A stretch of DNA of 63,975 nucleotides, filler included, from 9 parts of 9 records of this genome joined end to end with filler, not necessarily neighbours in it; one strand, 5' to 3'. Shown: positions 22,244-36,543, counted from the whole stretch's first letter. The notes: generated from the letters alone by a model not told the origin. Translations and numbers: made by a program.

Positions 22244-25200
22244 ATGGAGTTGGGCGCCTCTATCGCAGCTCTGTACTCGCAGAATGAACCGGCCCAGCGG
22301 ACGGCGGCGCTCCGGATGCTGGCCGAGGGTCTCCAAGCCCAGGCCGACCAGCCGGATGATCAAACCATGCGGTGGCGCCTCTGGTCTGGGTGTGGGGCTG
22401 AGACGCGTGCTGGGCTGGCAGGTCCCTGATCGGCGGTTTGAGCCAGGCGGGGGCGGCCGGAGTGGCCGGCTGTTTGCTCGAGCTGCCCGCCGACCGGCTC
22501 CAGCCGATCTCGCGCGAGGCGACCGACTGGCTGCGCGTCAGCCAGGTGGATGCCTACTTCTCCGCCCCCTCGGACAGCGCGGCTGGAGTGGAGCTCGGGT
22601 CCGTTGCGGACGGGCTGGCCGCGGCTCTGCGGCTGGTCCAGGCGCCGCTGATCTTGGCGCAAGTGGCGCCGCGGTTGGTTCCGCAGATGGTGCAGGTTTA
22701 TGTGGGCCGGAGGGGGCTCAGCTCGTGGGAGGCGACCGCTGAGCAGTGGGAGCGCGAGGGTAGGCGGGAGGAGCTGACCAGTCGGCTGGAGAGCATACTC
22801 AGCCAGATGGTCCAACTGACCCTGGCGGCAGTCCAGCACATCAGCGAGGGCAGCGGCCCGACCGGGGAGCAGGTTTGGTGGGGGCTGAATGCTCTTCATG
22901 CGCTGCTGGATGCCAGTCAGCCTGATACGCTCTACAAGACGACACTGCTCAAGCGGGGCGACGTCAAGACAATGGGCTGCGGGTTCCAGGTGCAGGTCGA
23001 GGGCGGCGCAAAGGTGAGCAGCCCAGGCCGGGCTGTGGGCTGAGCTCGACCTGTGCTGCAGGCACTCCATCGATTTGTGTGCGAATGTTTTCAGAGCGAG
23101 GCCGGGCCCGAGACGCTAGGAGCTCTATTGACCAGCTCCGAATGGATGGGCTGCGCCGCCTCCACGCTGGTGCTCAAGATCCTGGGCTTGCGTGTCACTG
23201 GGCCGGGTGAGCCTGATGATCCGGCGTCGGTTGGCGGCATCCTGTGCGCGAGCAACCCCGAACTGGTTCACAAGATTGGGGCAGCGCTGCTCACAAAGGT
23301 GAGCCGCTACTCGCTGGCATGGCTCATGCTGGCTGTGCAGCACTGCAACCAAATCGCTGCCGAGACCGCTCTGGCAGGCAGCCAGGCGCTGCTTGACGAG
23401 CTCGGGTCACTCGAGTGTGGGATGGGTGTGAACATTCAAGACATGCTGCTCGATCTGTGGAAGGCGGCTGTGTTAGAAGGCCTGCGTGCCGATTCGGTCC
23501 TAACACGGACCGATGCTCTGCATCTGATAGGAAGTCGGCTGGTAGAACTTGGGATGGGTGCGCAAGAGCTGGCTGATTGGATGATGGTTAACAGAGGTTT
23601 CGAGCTGATCTTAGGCGACCGAATGCCCCTCATAAACGAACGCTATCAGCAAGGCGTAGCGCACATGCTGCAGTTTGTGGCCCAGACAATACAGAAAGAA
23701 TGCTTTGCAGAGCTACTCAGGGAGTTTCTGCTGCCCAAGGTGGAGTACACCCTGATTTCTGAGCTCATTGTAGCCGTCTGCCTTGAGAGCAGCCTCAGAC
23801 CAGAACTGTTTGCTGCACTGCTCTGCTGTCTTGAAAATCTTCTCGTGGACGGGGGCGACGAGACCGCGACCGCTGCTGTGATCAGATTTACGCAAACTCT
23901 GGCGTCTCACCCCAAGTGGCGGTGGTGCCTTTCAAATGCGACACCAGAGAACAATATTGTCACGCCAGCTGCACTGAGCTTGCTTAGATGCTGCCTAGAG
24001 CAACTCTCAGCCAAACCTTTACTCTTTGAGGCTCCAGATGCTGCCATCAGATTGCAGCTTCTTGATTGCTTCCTGGAAACTTGGAGCATCCCTTCAACTG
24101 AAAGTCACCGACTTGAGTTTGCGCTGGATGCTGTTAATGCGATCTGTAGCATGGTAGCCAAAGCAGATTGCCAGCAATACAAAGCTATGCCAGAACCTTT
24201 GGAATTCGAGCTGCTTCAAGTTGTAATGGAGTCATTTCTGCTAGACAATCAGCCCGAGGAAGAGCGCAGCAATTTCATTCACAAAGTGTGCACACATGAG
24301 CACAATCTGATTGATGTTCTTCTGACTGAGCTTGAGCGATACATCTCTGAGTGTGGAGATACAGCAGCCGCAGGGATGAAAAAGCGCTTGTCATTGCTGA
24401 CATTCATTCACCGGCATTGCACTCAGCTGCCGAGAATCAACACTGAGCAGCTGAAGCTATTGTATGGCGTGTGCCTTGGCAATCCTTTGGCTGAAAATAT
24501 TTACTATACATGGCTGCGCACATCCTTAGCATGGACACCTGTCACAATTCTCGAAAAACCACATGAAAAAGGAGCCAAAATGATTGCAGATGAGGCCAAG
24601 CCGTGGGTGCTCAGAATGCTTACTGACAAAGCACAAGCGAATGGTCTCTCTCCTCCAGCGTATCACTGTTTCTACAATGCATTTCTAGACACAAACGGCC
24701 ATCCTTGCACTGGTGAGCTCAAGCTAGAGATGAATAACTTTGCCCAGAAGTGTGTTGATGTCCGTATCATCACTGCCTCTTCCTCCGCTCCTGTAGACAA
24801 AGATATGTATGGCCACCAGCACTCTGTGCCAGGTGGCAAGGCGGGCTATCAGTTGGTGGGTACATGGATTCAAGTCCTGCAAGACCACCAAAGTAGCACT
24901 TACAAGGATGGCGAGATCCACCACTTCCACAGATCCAAAGCTAAGTTCACCATTAGCTATGTCGATGGATCGTTTCATTCGCGGGCCTTAACCAACATTT
25001 TGTGGTGCATACTCCCGCCGCCAGAGGAGGCCATGCCACGGCGGTTCAGCCCCCATAGAATATTAGACCCAGCTTTAGATGGATTAGACGGACTCTGGGC
25101 GGCTGCTTTGAAGTCGAGTGATCAAAGTGTGGTGGAACATGCATCCGATTTTCTTCTATTGCTTTACACCTGTGAAGACAGCTGTGAAGAATCAACTGCT

Positions 25201-28200
25201 GTCAAGTCTACGAATACCTCTCATTGCTCACGCTTTGAGCTACTGGATCATCTTTTTCGCCACTTCGAGAATGCTGTTACAAATGTCACTGTCGCAGACC
25301 GAGAAAGGGTCACACAGGAGGCAGAACGCTGTCTTAATATTCTGCAGAGATTCGTCTCTCGGTACAGACACCAATCGAAATACCGCACACACCAAGGAAG
25401 TAGCTACGGAACTTTGATGGCTCTCGAGTTCCGGGCTGAGGCGGGAAACACGCGGCTTCCCATGCAGCAGGTGGCCGATATAGAGCAAATACCAGATCAG
25501 CTCAAAGAACCTACGAAACTAGATGGGATGCACACGCATACGTGCGAGCATGAGTTAATTGATGCTGTTACGAACAAACTCAGTGAAAAGATGCTATCCT
25601 GTGATAAATATCAAGTGGTTGTCGATGGCAAGCTACTGCGACGATCTTACTGTACACTTGAGGAGATTGGCATCACGGATGGGGCCATTGTTGTTTTGAC
25701 CCATTCATCGAATCAGACTCCGATCGAAGAAACATTCTGGGAAGCCTCTGGTTACCAGGCAAAGTCCCAAAAGCACCAATTAGAACAGGGAACATTCTGC
25801 CCTGGAGATGACTTAGTAGCAGATCCTGTCAAATGGCACACCATGATGGAGCTGCTGGAGATTTCTTGTAAGCAAAGAAACGCCTCCAACACCGAGGCAG
25901 TATGGCAGCTGCTGCTAAGTTGTCCAACCTGTCAGGTGGTGAGAGATCAGGTTAAGCGTCTACAAATTCAATGGGATGCCTCGTTCCTATACCTCGTTTA
26001 CTCCTTACAAGTTGCGCACAGTATTGTTGCACCAGCTGATCCGAGTCGTTCGGAAGTCGATGTGCAGTGGTGTGAGTCATTTGTTGCCACTGGCCAATTT
26101 GCCAAGCTTTGTGATTTTGTGATACACAATCTCGAGTCAACTCTAGCTGTTCATGACCCAATGATTGCAGTGTTTGCCTTGCCTACCATAATGCACCTCT
26201 TGAAGTTCTTTGTCTGTGCAATAGACGAGAACATTCCACAGCCTTTATCGCAGGCCTGGAGTCGAAGCACAATCGAAAGCATACAAATTACGGTACTAGA
26301 CGGCCCAGAGGCATTGATAGCCACAATATCAAACTTGTGCTCTACTGCGATGTTTGAGAATGTGGGCAAAGAGCGTTCTGAACAGTGCCAGAGCAAAGAG
26401 ACACAACAATTGGAATCAGAGCCCAAAGACACGTCTCTGCAGCTGATGCCCCAGACAATAGTAGCTGCCATTGAAACTGTCCTCAGCATCATCAGGGCAC
26501 ACCCCCATTTACAGGATGAGTTTCTGGCAAATCAGATCAGCTTTCTGCCTCAACTCATGTTTGGTCATTCCAGTCAGCAGGTGCGCACCACGGCTATGCA
26601 GACATTGGTTGCTGTTTCAGAGTGCTCAGTGCACGCTTGGAAGAAGGTGGTCAAGACTGTTGTTACGATGCTCTTTGGAATACCTCGACAAAGGTATGCA
26701 GTCTGCGATGAAGGCTTCGAGCTCATCGAAAGACTCCATCTCACACCAGTTACAATCGAAGGTGATTAGAATCTAAGCAAAATATGCAGACGCATAAGAT
26801 CCACGGTGTACAGGTGATGAGCTGGACGCTGCTCGAGGCGCGCTGCTTGAACAAGGATTGAACACACTTGGTATACTGATGGAATCAAAGGAGCAGGAAA
26901 GTGTCACAACAGAGCTACTCGGGACGATGTTGCTTCTTGGAAAGATGATAAAAAATAATCCCTGCTGCTTGGACCTGTTGCCTGATCTTCAAACAAGTGC
27001 CCAAGTGATTCGAACTGTCTTCTCAAAATACATCTTGCCGATTGACACTGTTTGCTCGAGTAGTATGCGAGTCTGTGCACCAGAAGCAGGCTGCAATCTT
27101 AGATCCGCGGCTGTGCAACTGGTTTATGCTCTGGTTCGGCATTCCAAAAATCAGGCTGAAAGAGACTTTATCATGCAGGCATTGGAGAGCTTTACTTTGG
27201 GCACACCCTTACCTTGTCACGAGGATGGTAGCCTTTCAGGAGCCATTGATTGGAGTTACAGCCCAGATACAGATGGGACAAGCTCCTTTAAGCGGCGCAA
27301 CAGCACCTTGAAAGTTGGGTTAGCTAACAGAGGTTCTACATGCTACATGAATGCCGTCATTCAGCAGTTATTCAATTCGACTACTTGGAGGGACAAGCTG
27401 TTATCAGCAAGATCTTCAGACGTATCAGAATCCTCAACTACAAGTAGTAAAGCCAATCCAGCTGAGGTCATGTACCAACTGCAGAGGTGTTTCCATTATC
27501 TCCGTGACGGCGAGGCTGGCTGCTTTGACACGGAACCGTTAGTTGCTGCCTGCGAAGAGCATCTCCCAATGACATACGGGGTCCGAGCCCACAACGATGC
27601 CAGCGAATTTATTTCGCAGCTCACAGGTCAACATAGATGCCCCTTTTGTAAACATCTGTCTTTTACTGTGTGATGAATCTCATCGTTTTTGTATAGATCT
27701 GCTGGACGAGCAATTGAAAGGGACCGCTATTGCCAAGGCACTCTCAGATAGCATCACTGTGGAGGCTGCAAAGCGTAAAGTGTGTTGCGTCTGTGGAGCG
27801 GTATCTTTGGGAAGGGTGGAGAAGGAAAGATGTCTTCAAGTGGACTGTGAAAGTGGCACCACCCTCTTCCATTCATTGAAACAGGCTCTTGACTTCTACA
27901 CCGCCTCATTTTCAATGGACGGAGAGAACCGTGTGTTTTGTGAGGTGCTTTCCTTGGCATTCATTTCCCTCTATTCCCTCCCAGTTGAGTCCTATCTATC
28001 TATCTATCTATCTATCGTTAGATTAGCATAATCTGATCATATCTAATTTGGAGCCAGGGGTGCAACGAGTTGACGGATACAACGCTCACGCCAACCATGC
28101 AAAAGCTTCCAGACTTGCTCTGTATCAATTTGAAGAGATTCAAAGTTGACTTTCAGACCATGCAGCCAGTCAAATTGAATCATCGTATCGAGTTTCCTGA

Positions 28201-30410
28201 AACTCTTGACATGTGGAGATATACTGAGGCGGGGGCTACGGCCAAGGAACTGGGTTCCGAGTGTTTATCAGACAATAGCATGCTCTTTAAGCTTCAAGGC
28301 GCTGTAGTACACTCCGGAAATTCAAATTATGGCCATTACACATCTCTGGCTAAGGATGCAGACGGAAGATGGCACTCATTCGATGACAGACATGTTGAAC
28401 CCTTTTCTACCAAAGAGGGATTTGAGCAGAGTTGTTTCGGTGGCACTCCTGTTGGCCAGTTCGAAAGTGCAGAGGAGAGGAGCAAGAATGCGTTCATTCT
28501 CTTCTACACTCGGTCCGAAAGCCCAAAATATGATGCCTGCGAAAGGCTCTCTGACTGTCACACAAGCGAGGAAGTTCAGATGAAGAATACAGCCTTAAAA
28601 AAGCAGCAGATGCTCTACCAACCAGCAATAGCACAATTAGCCTTGGAGCTGAGCTTGGGCAGTGGAAATGAAGCCGTAACAGGAGAGGATCCAAGCACTT
28701 CAATCACCCTAGAGCAAGTACGTCTTCTCGTCACGGTCTTTTTGAAAGTAGTACTACTCTCCCTTCCGCCTGCGGACATCAAGCACTGGACTCAAGTTAT
28801 TGGCACCCATATGAAGGCCAGTCCTGAAGGAGCCGCTTGGTTTGTAGAATATTTGAGCACTACGGTCGAGGACCGTGCCGACTGGCTGAGCTTGTTGCTT
28901 CTTGATCCAGGCGTTCTGAGCTTCCAGTCGCAAGCATTCATAGAAATCGTCTCTGTGGCACTAGAATGCCTCACTGCTTCAAGCACTGAAGGTGAGAACA
29001 CAGTTTTACTGTTCATTGCTGTACTGAAGGACATGCTGGCGAGCGTGGCAAAGAAATCAGCTGCAATCGAAAATTATTCGAGACTGTGGGATGCAATGTG
29101 CAATCTGCCCAAGCTTCGAGCGCTTTTGGCTCACTCAGATGTTGGGCTTCTGTTGCTTCATTTATATACAGGAGGCATGGCACCTGATATGGCTGAGCTT
29201 CCTGCTCCAGACGGCCGGCCCGATTTTACATGCCTCATTATGGCACTGCATGCAATGGTGCTGGAACACGACCAGCGCAGTGAAGAGCCACTCTGGCCGA
29301 ACGAAGCGGTCAAGAAGACATTGCGACGGAAGCTTAGCGCTGCAAGGAGCAACGAGCGAGTCGAACAGCGCGACAGTCTACTTGAAATGGTCGGTGGAGC
29401 GCTTCCGAAACTGGATTTATTTCAGTACGCTCTCCAGGTGCTCCCTCCAAATGTTTTGGTTGCTTGTAGCCGAGCTTAATGAGGGCTCATAGTGCTATGT
29501 GCTCATCCTGAGGGATAATTTTCAGGTCCGTGGTGTGGGGATCTACACGAATGGGAACTACTCCGAGAATTCAAATGGCCAGAGAATTTTTGTTGAAAGG
29601 TATGGCGGGATCATTGACGGCACATACAAGTGTATCTCTGATTCGCCCAACCTCACAATGTATTTGATCTTCCGCCCCGTTCCCAACCGGAATGGTCAGC
29701 TTTGGTTTGCTGTGGTCCGGGCCAAGCCCGCCAGTACATCGACTGTCTTGGCGTCCAATAGGTGGTATATTGTATCATTTGGATTGGGCTGGAGCTACAA
29801 CTCACACCAAAGCATTGTGAGTACGCTGCAGCAAGTTCTCAAGAAGGACTGCTCACAGGCAAATTGTGAGAAGAAGCTGGATCAGGTGTTTGAGTACGAG
29901 TTCTCTGCTGACGGATACCACCTACCTGAGGTATTGTACCAAAGCCAAGAGCTGCCCGAGGACGAGTGTGAACTACCACCGGAGGATGGGTGGGAGATGT
30001 GGCCTTTTCTTCAGGACATGCAGAGGTTCAGGCACTGCGAGCTTGGAGACTCGCCATCCGTAAGAGCAGTGCCAGCACATCAAGTCATTCCTACTCCTGA
30101 AGAAGATCATGCCAAGACTTATTCCAGCCCGCCAGTGCCATGCTGTGTGCATGAGAAAAATCAGAGCTACATCGCACGTAATGGAGTGCTGGATTGTTGT
30201 TTTTGTCGTGCATTAGGCAAGCGCTACACTGAGGCTTGGGCACGAGAGGCCAAGTTTGATCAGTATGGGGGAGGGATGCAAGTCTGGCTGAATTGTTCAG
30301 CCTGCGGGATGGACTCATATGGAGACGCTGGAATCCCAGAACGCTTATCTGATCAAGAGAGGGCGGCACTCAAGGATGTCAATTGGATTTTCTTTGATCA
30401 ATCTGAGTAG
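22244..30410 (+). CDS. Large ubiquitin-specific protease (USP9/24/34-like)
   Basis: Cys box GLANRGSTCYMNAVIQQL, HNDASEF, INLKRF, His box VVHSGNSNYGHYTS and WHSFDD, plus an internal UBL-like segment (VVDGKLL...TLEEIGITDG). Six GT-AG introns join the listed ORFs. Confidence 0.9.
27992..28016 (+). repeat. (CTAT)6 microsatellite inside USP intron 27945-28057
   Basis: Directly visible in the sequence. Confidence 0.9.
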
Positions 30411-30708
30411 CTACAATTATAGTAGAAATGATAGAACTCAATCAATCAATCAAGTATCTGAATTGCACCCTAGCAACTGCGTATGTTACTGGTAGAGGGC
30501 TTACAACAACAATTACATAGAACGACAATCTCATAACACTCTCACAAAGTCTCCTATTATCACCATGATCGTTTACCGCCGCTGCCTGGTACGAAGTCTC
30601 AGTGCATAGCAGAGACAAGACACATTGCCCAAGAAAAAAATCAGTGAGCGCGGGAAGCCACGATCGCAAGCAGGTAGTCGCTGCTGATTGCCGTCCACTG
30701 AACGCGCC

Positions 30709-31729
30709 ATGGACGAGGATGAACTGAAAGCGTCGAGGTGACAGCCCGACCGCCCGCCGCTGGCCAGCTCATCGCAACTGCCAGGGTGGCCGAGACAGTG
30801 CTCAAGAAGCGGAAGAGCGTCGAGCGCGCGCAGGCCGCCGCCCGAGCCGAGCAACTGCTCGCGAAGCAGGTCCCCGCCCCATAGCCTGGCCGTGCCCCTG
30901 GCCTTACGCGTCGATTGCGGCTGCAGAAAGCCTACAAGCGCCCGCGAGGCGAAGTGCAGTACAAGTCGGCAGAGTCGTTCGTCAAGCGAAACCGGAGCGT
31001 TCGCAAGGCCGTGAAGCGGGCGCGACGGAACGCCAAAATCCCAGCGGACCAGTACCTCAAGGTGCGGGAGGATCTTTCGGTCTATAACCTGGGGGCAGGA
31101 CGCGTACGAGGACCAGCTGATGTTCGTGGTCCGGGTGCGCGGGATGAACGCTCTCGAGGTGCGCCGCGCGTGGTGCTGTGTTGGCCGACTAGCGGGGCAG
31201 CCCAAGGCTAAGAAGGCGCTGGCTAAGCTCCGGCTGCTCCAGATGAACAGCGGCGTGTTCATGAAAGCCGACAGCGCGTCCGGCGAGGTGCTGCGCACTG
31301 TGGACCCCTACGTGTCGTTCGGCTATCCGTCGTCGGAGCTGGTGGAGGTGCCCGCGTGCCTGATAGAAGCTGACAGCTGGCGCAGGAGCTGATCTATAAG
31401 CGAGGATTTGGCTGTGTCGACAAGCGCAGGGTGGCGCTCACAGACAACGCGCTGATAGAGCAAGCGCTGGGCGAGGCGACTGGAATGATCTGCGTGGAGG
31501 ACATTGTGCACGAGATCAACACAGTCGGGCCAAATTTCGAGCAGGTGGGCGGCGGCTTGACTGAGGCTGAGCCAGTGCGCTGCAGGCTGCCACTTTCCTC
31601 TGGCCGTTTAAGCTCAACAGTATCAAAGAAAAGCAAACTGACAAGCAGAAGCCAGGAGCCAAGGCTAAAACTAGAATCTATGGGAATCAGAAAGACCGCA
31701 TCAATGATCTGATTCAAAAGATGCTCTAG
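30709..31729 (+). CDS. RLP7: uL30-family protein, RLP7/RPL7L1-like ribosome biogenesis factor
   Basis: Spliced [63 protein letters not shown] and FLWPFKL; six introns. Assignment to RLP7 rather than RPL7 is inferred from divergence. Confidence 0.8.
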
Positions 31730-32013
31730 TCGGCACAACTGGATGCTCGTTAAGTTTGTTGAAAACTCGCGAATTTACACCACGGATCTTTGATTGTTCG
31801 ATGTTTCAAAAAGAATAAAATAGGCTTGCACTGTCGCACGCGCGTCGCACGGTATGCCGACGCTACATGCTTGGTTTGAGAAGGACTCACGGACTCATGT
31901 AAGCTTACAGTAGAACAGGCCTACTCCTACGCCGAAAAATAATCATACACAAGTGTACATGCGGTCACTGACAAGTTTAATAATGTTAGCTGCCGGTTTC
32001 CGGTAGCCCGCGT

Positions 32014-32113
32014 NNNNNNNNNNNNNNNNNNNNNNNNNNNNNNNNNNNNNNNNNNNNTTAATTAATTAANNNNNNNNNNNNNNNNNNNNNNNNNNNNNNN
32101 NNNNNNNNNNNNN
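32014..32113. other. Artificial contig linker
   Basis: N44-TTAATTAATTAA-N44. Confidence 0.98.
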
Positions 32114-33538
32114 CCCACTCGGCTCTCCCGGATGTGAGTCTCCAGAATCTTTTTGGACCGGCCCCGCTCCGTGCTCTGTCGGTCGCCCAGCACGAGCACC
32201 GCCGACTTCCTCCGGGAGGCCGCTTGCTTGTTGTTCTGCGCGTTGAGCGCCTCCTGCCGCCTGCGCGCCTCCAGATGCTTCCGTTCGTTCACTGTGACGG
32301 TCGCACCAGTGGCGGGGTCGATGGTGATCTCCTGATTGCCCCGGTGGAACTTGGACTGCGCCTGAGCCGGCTTCTTCTGGCCCGCAGTCGGCGGCTTGGG
32401 CGGCTTGGCCGCGGGCTTGGCTGAACCAGTCACCACTGTCCGCTTCTTGGCTGTCGCAGGCAACCGCGCCGCGCGCTCTATCAGTGACGCCGTGAACCGA
32501 GCCCTCTTGGCGATCAGCACGTCGCTTAGCGGATCGGGCGGGTCGTCCTGGCTGCCCGGCTGCTCCAACTCGCTGTCAGACAACAGACTGGCCCGACGGT
32601 CCTCCATCCGCCTCCGGCTCTCAGCCCCAGGCCCCGTGCCCCGGCCTAGAGCCTCTGGCAGCTTTCGCTTGGAGCCAGTCCGGAGCTCCGGCGAGGCCGG
32701 CTTGGGGGTGGAGACAGAAGCGGCTGACGCCAAGTTTTGTGGCTTGACTGAAATGCTCTCCCCGGACGGAAGACTGACCTTGTAGCGCTTGGTTTCTTGG
32801 ATGTATTGGACTATTTTGATCTCACATCCGTTCAGTTCGGGCCGTGATTTGAGCCCCTGCAGCGTGATCCGATTCCCGGCCGGCTGCTTCGCTGCTTGCC
32901 GGCTGCTCGCCGGTGCGTCTGTATTGCTGGGCCTCGGAGCGGACCTCGCAGGCGGCGCACTGGCGTGAGAGCTCGGCTGCGCAGCAGCTGGCGGCTCCTC
33001 GCGCGGCGCGCTCTCGTCCACACCAATCGGCTCGGCAGGCGATGTGGCGGGCGAGCTGGCAGTTTCCTGCTTGGCACCCATGAGCCCGGCCGCTCGGCCC
33101 GCGGACGCACCCACGACGCCTTGGCCTGATTGAAGACCACGTTGACTCGGCGGCGCTGCTCGGCGGTGAGCACGGACACGCCGAGCGAGGCCATGAGGTG
33201 CTCCTTAATGATCCGCTTCTGCAGCAAGCTAAGCCCGCATGCCGAGGACCGGCACTCACGCTGCACGTGATCCCCGTGCTGTTGATCACGGCCCAACACC
33301 TGTCTTCGATCGACCCACCTGCGCCACCGCGGCCGTCGGGGCCAGCCCCAGGCGGCGAGCACACACCAGCGGTGCCGCAGACCTCCCGGGCGTCCCAACC
33401 GGCCTGCTCGATCGGCTCGGCTGCCGGCTGGGCGGGCTCAGCAGCGGGAGGGCCGGCCCGGGGAGTATCGCAGATCTCGCACTGGAGGAAGTGTGCGTTC
33501 TCGTTCAAGTAGGTGCAGGCCGGGCACTCCCAGGCCAT
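32114..33538 (-). CDS. RanBP2/NZF zinc-finger protein with an SH3-like GLxSxPELNG module, 3' partial
   Basis: WECPACTYLN...CEICDTPR and ITLQGLKSRPELNG...RYKVSL...SVKPQNL. Confidence 0.7.
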
Positions 33539-33674
33539 CGCTCAAGCTGGTTGGCGCAGTCGTGCCAGATCGCCAGCGGGAGCCCAGCCGTGATGACCTG
33601 TTTGAACCTCCGACTCTCACAACGGCAGCAGTTAGACGAATCGGTGCTCCGGGAATCCGACCGAGCGGGACAAC

Positions 33675-35753
33675 ATGGTGCCAACTGATCCGGAGGATCC
33701 GCAAGCACCGCAGCCCAATTACCCACCCAGTCAGCCGGATGCGCAGCCGGGCGGCTCCAACGTGATCGCTTATGAACCCGGCACGCTGCCCTCGGTCTAC
33801 GGCCAGGCCCAGAACGTCTCCGAAAGCCTCCGCCGTGTCCGCACCAACGCCACGTCGGACGCCTTCGCCGCCGGCCCGGCCGCAGCTCCCACGGTAACGA
33901 GTTCCAGTGACCCTCAACCAGGGGCCCAAACGATCCAGTTGAACGTGGTGCCGCCCGACGGGGTACCCCGACTGGTCGAGTTGCCCTTGGACGTTCCGGT
34001 CCCCAGGCTGAGGCTGGAGGTAGGATCCCGGATGAATCAAGCCGGCTCGCCCGACGAGGACGCCTTCGATGACTGCGACGACGACGACGAGAAACTGGAG
34101 CAGCAGAACGCGGCGGCGGGCGCCCGATGGGAGCTCCGGCTGGCCGGGGCGAGGCTGGAGGACTGGTACTCACTCCGTGCAGCCGGGCTCGCCGACGGAG
34201 CCACTGTGGCCTGCTGTCCTGAGAGCTACCACACCAAAGATGGCAGCTCCGACGGCATAGAGCCAAACCCGTTGCTCTTGGGCTTTTTCGTGGATAGCCT
34301 TCCTGCTGGGCAGCCTGCTCGACAATTCTTTGACGATGATCTGCTCTCGCAGCCGGTTCAGCACAACTGTCCACAGCCGGCCGAGCACTCCGTTGTATGG
34401 GGCACCCTATGCATTCCAGGGACGGGCGCTGCTGCGGCCGATCTCGGCGGCTACGAGCTGAGTGAGCTCGTGCTGCGCACTCGACGAGGATATTTAAGCA
34501 CCGCCGGGCTGATCAGTCAAAAGGAATGGACCGCTCGGTACGGGTTTGGCAGCCCGACCAAACTGGACGGGCAGAGAGGGTGGGAGAACTGGTGCCGGGC
34601 GCATAAGAATCGCCAGACCGTGAGGGTGAGGTCGGGTCAGTCTCGGACTGTCTGGGGCCTGGCCACCCACGTATCGATCGTTGACTGCAGGCACAGTGGC
34701 GACCGTGCCCGGCCCACTATTTGTACCGTTGACCGGTCTGGCAACAATTGGTCGCCGATGGTTGACCTCGAGTGGGTGAGATCGGTCAAGAAGGTCAAGG
34801 CCTCGTTTGAGACAGCACTCAGCAACACGTGCGTTGCGATCAAGTTTGAGTCGGCATCGGCCAAGCCTATGATCGTGCACAACATCACCGACGGCATGCG
34901 GCAGTGGTGGACTGTTCCGGGTGACCCAGCCCACTACGAGGTCATTATGAATGCCCAAGACCTTGAACAAGCGGACCAGCTGGCCCTCTCCATCAGAACC
35001 GCATACTTTCACCGTTTTGGGAGGAACGGGCCTGTGGCAGCTGCGCTATTGGCCGAGCAAGTGCAGGAAGAGGAGGATTATTCTGCGGCCGATTGCTGCG
35101 CTGACACCTGCGGCAACTATGATTCAGTGCGAGATCCAGAGTTTGGGCGAGACTGCAAAGGACACTGTTGGCGTACCATCTGCTCATGCACAATCGGCCT
35201 TATTTTCATAGTCACGGGTCCGATACTGCTCAGCTTGGGGTGCGTGCTCCTGTGGATCTGGGCGAGTCCTTACACCTGCGGCAAAGAAGACCCAGTGTGC
35301 GCCGGTGCAATCATAATGGTAATGCCTGCACTGGGCTAGCATGACTTTCCTGGCTGGCAGATTGGCGTCGGTGGACTCCTTACACTGGTCGCGATCCCCT
35401 TTCTCTTGTACTTCATATTCGCGATGACTGTAGGATGCGGCAACATGTTCATGCGGATGTGTGGTATTCGCATCCTGCACAGGGCTAGCATGACTTCCTG
35501 GCAGGTTGGTACTGCTGTTGCTGTTGCTTCTGTAAGAACTTCTTTGAATGCTGCTGTCCGGTGGGTCTGAGAGCTCTCTGGCCGCTTAAGCCTGCGGCAG
35601 GTGCCGTTCAAACAGGCGGAGGGCTGCCGTGGTGCAATCATGCGTGCCGGTGATGCATTCTTATACAAAGTAATCAACATACAAGAGCTGGCACCATACC
35701 ACCGACCGCAAGACGAGGAACATCATGAGGATACAGAGCTGGAGCAGATTTGA
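33675..35753 (+). CDS. Ubiquitin-like-domain membrane protein with a Cys-string tail
   Basis: UBL-like IQLNVV...LRLAGARLEDWYSLRAAGLADGATV, TM helices, and spliced GWYCCCCCFCKNFFECCCP. Introns at 35319-35360, 35464-35504 and about 35561-35600. Confidence 0.6.
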
Positions 35754-36062
35754 ACAAGGCCAGTCTCTGTCAATGCACGAGTTGCGTGAATAAGAGTACG
35801 AGTTCGCCCGGGGCTCGTATTATTTCAATGATCATCGGACTCGCACGAGCGTAGCCTGTGGTTTGCGACAAAGTTCGACGGATTAGATATGAACTACGTC
35901 TACACTGATAATAATTAAAACTTTAATAAGAGTGTGCAACCATGCCGATGCCACGCCGAATTCATCCATAGAGGAACATGCAGGCTAAAGACTGCGGAGA
36001 TCGTACTAGTAGTCGCATTGTAATATTGATTATAGAGTTGAAATCGTTTATTGATATCTAAA

Positions 36063-36162
36063 NNNNNNNNNNNNNNNNNNNNNNNNNNNNNNNNNNNNNN
36101 NNNNNNTTAATTAATTAANNNNNNNNNNNNNNNNNNNNNNNNNNNNNNNNNNNNNNNNNNNN
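36063..36162. other. Artificial contig linker
   Basis: N44-TTAATTAATTAA-N44. Confidence 0.98.
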
Positions 36163-36543
36163 CCTGTTTTAGAGCTGATTATGAGTTCCGGGAAGTATAC
36201 GGGCACGTAATGCTAACGTGATGGCAACAATGCATGTACATGTAACATTATTGGCAGAGGTGGCGAATTGGCAAGCACAAAGCAGCTAGCTGTACTGTAC
36301 ATAGCTGCAAGAGAATTCAAGTTTGAAACTATAATCAGTATCATTCTATACCAGCCGAATAAACGGTGGGACCTTAGTCAATATAAGCAAGGTTGGCTCC
36401 ATTCGAGCGAAGCAGCGCCGGGCCGCGCGGGCCGTCGAGGCTCATACAACTGTACCTACGTGCCGGAGTCGCAGAAAATAAAATAGACTAGGAAATCTGG
36501 TACAAATCGTGTCTACAGAGAGCGCGGGTCAACCGGCTGGGGC

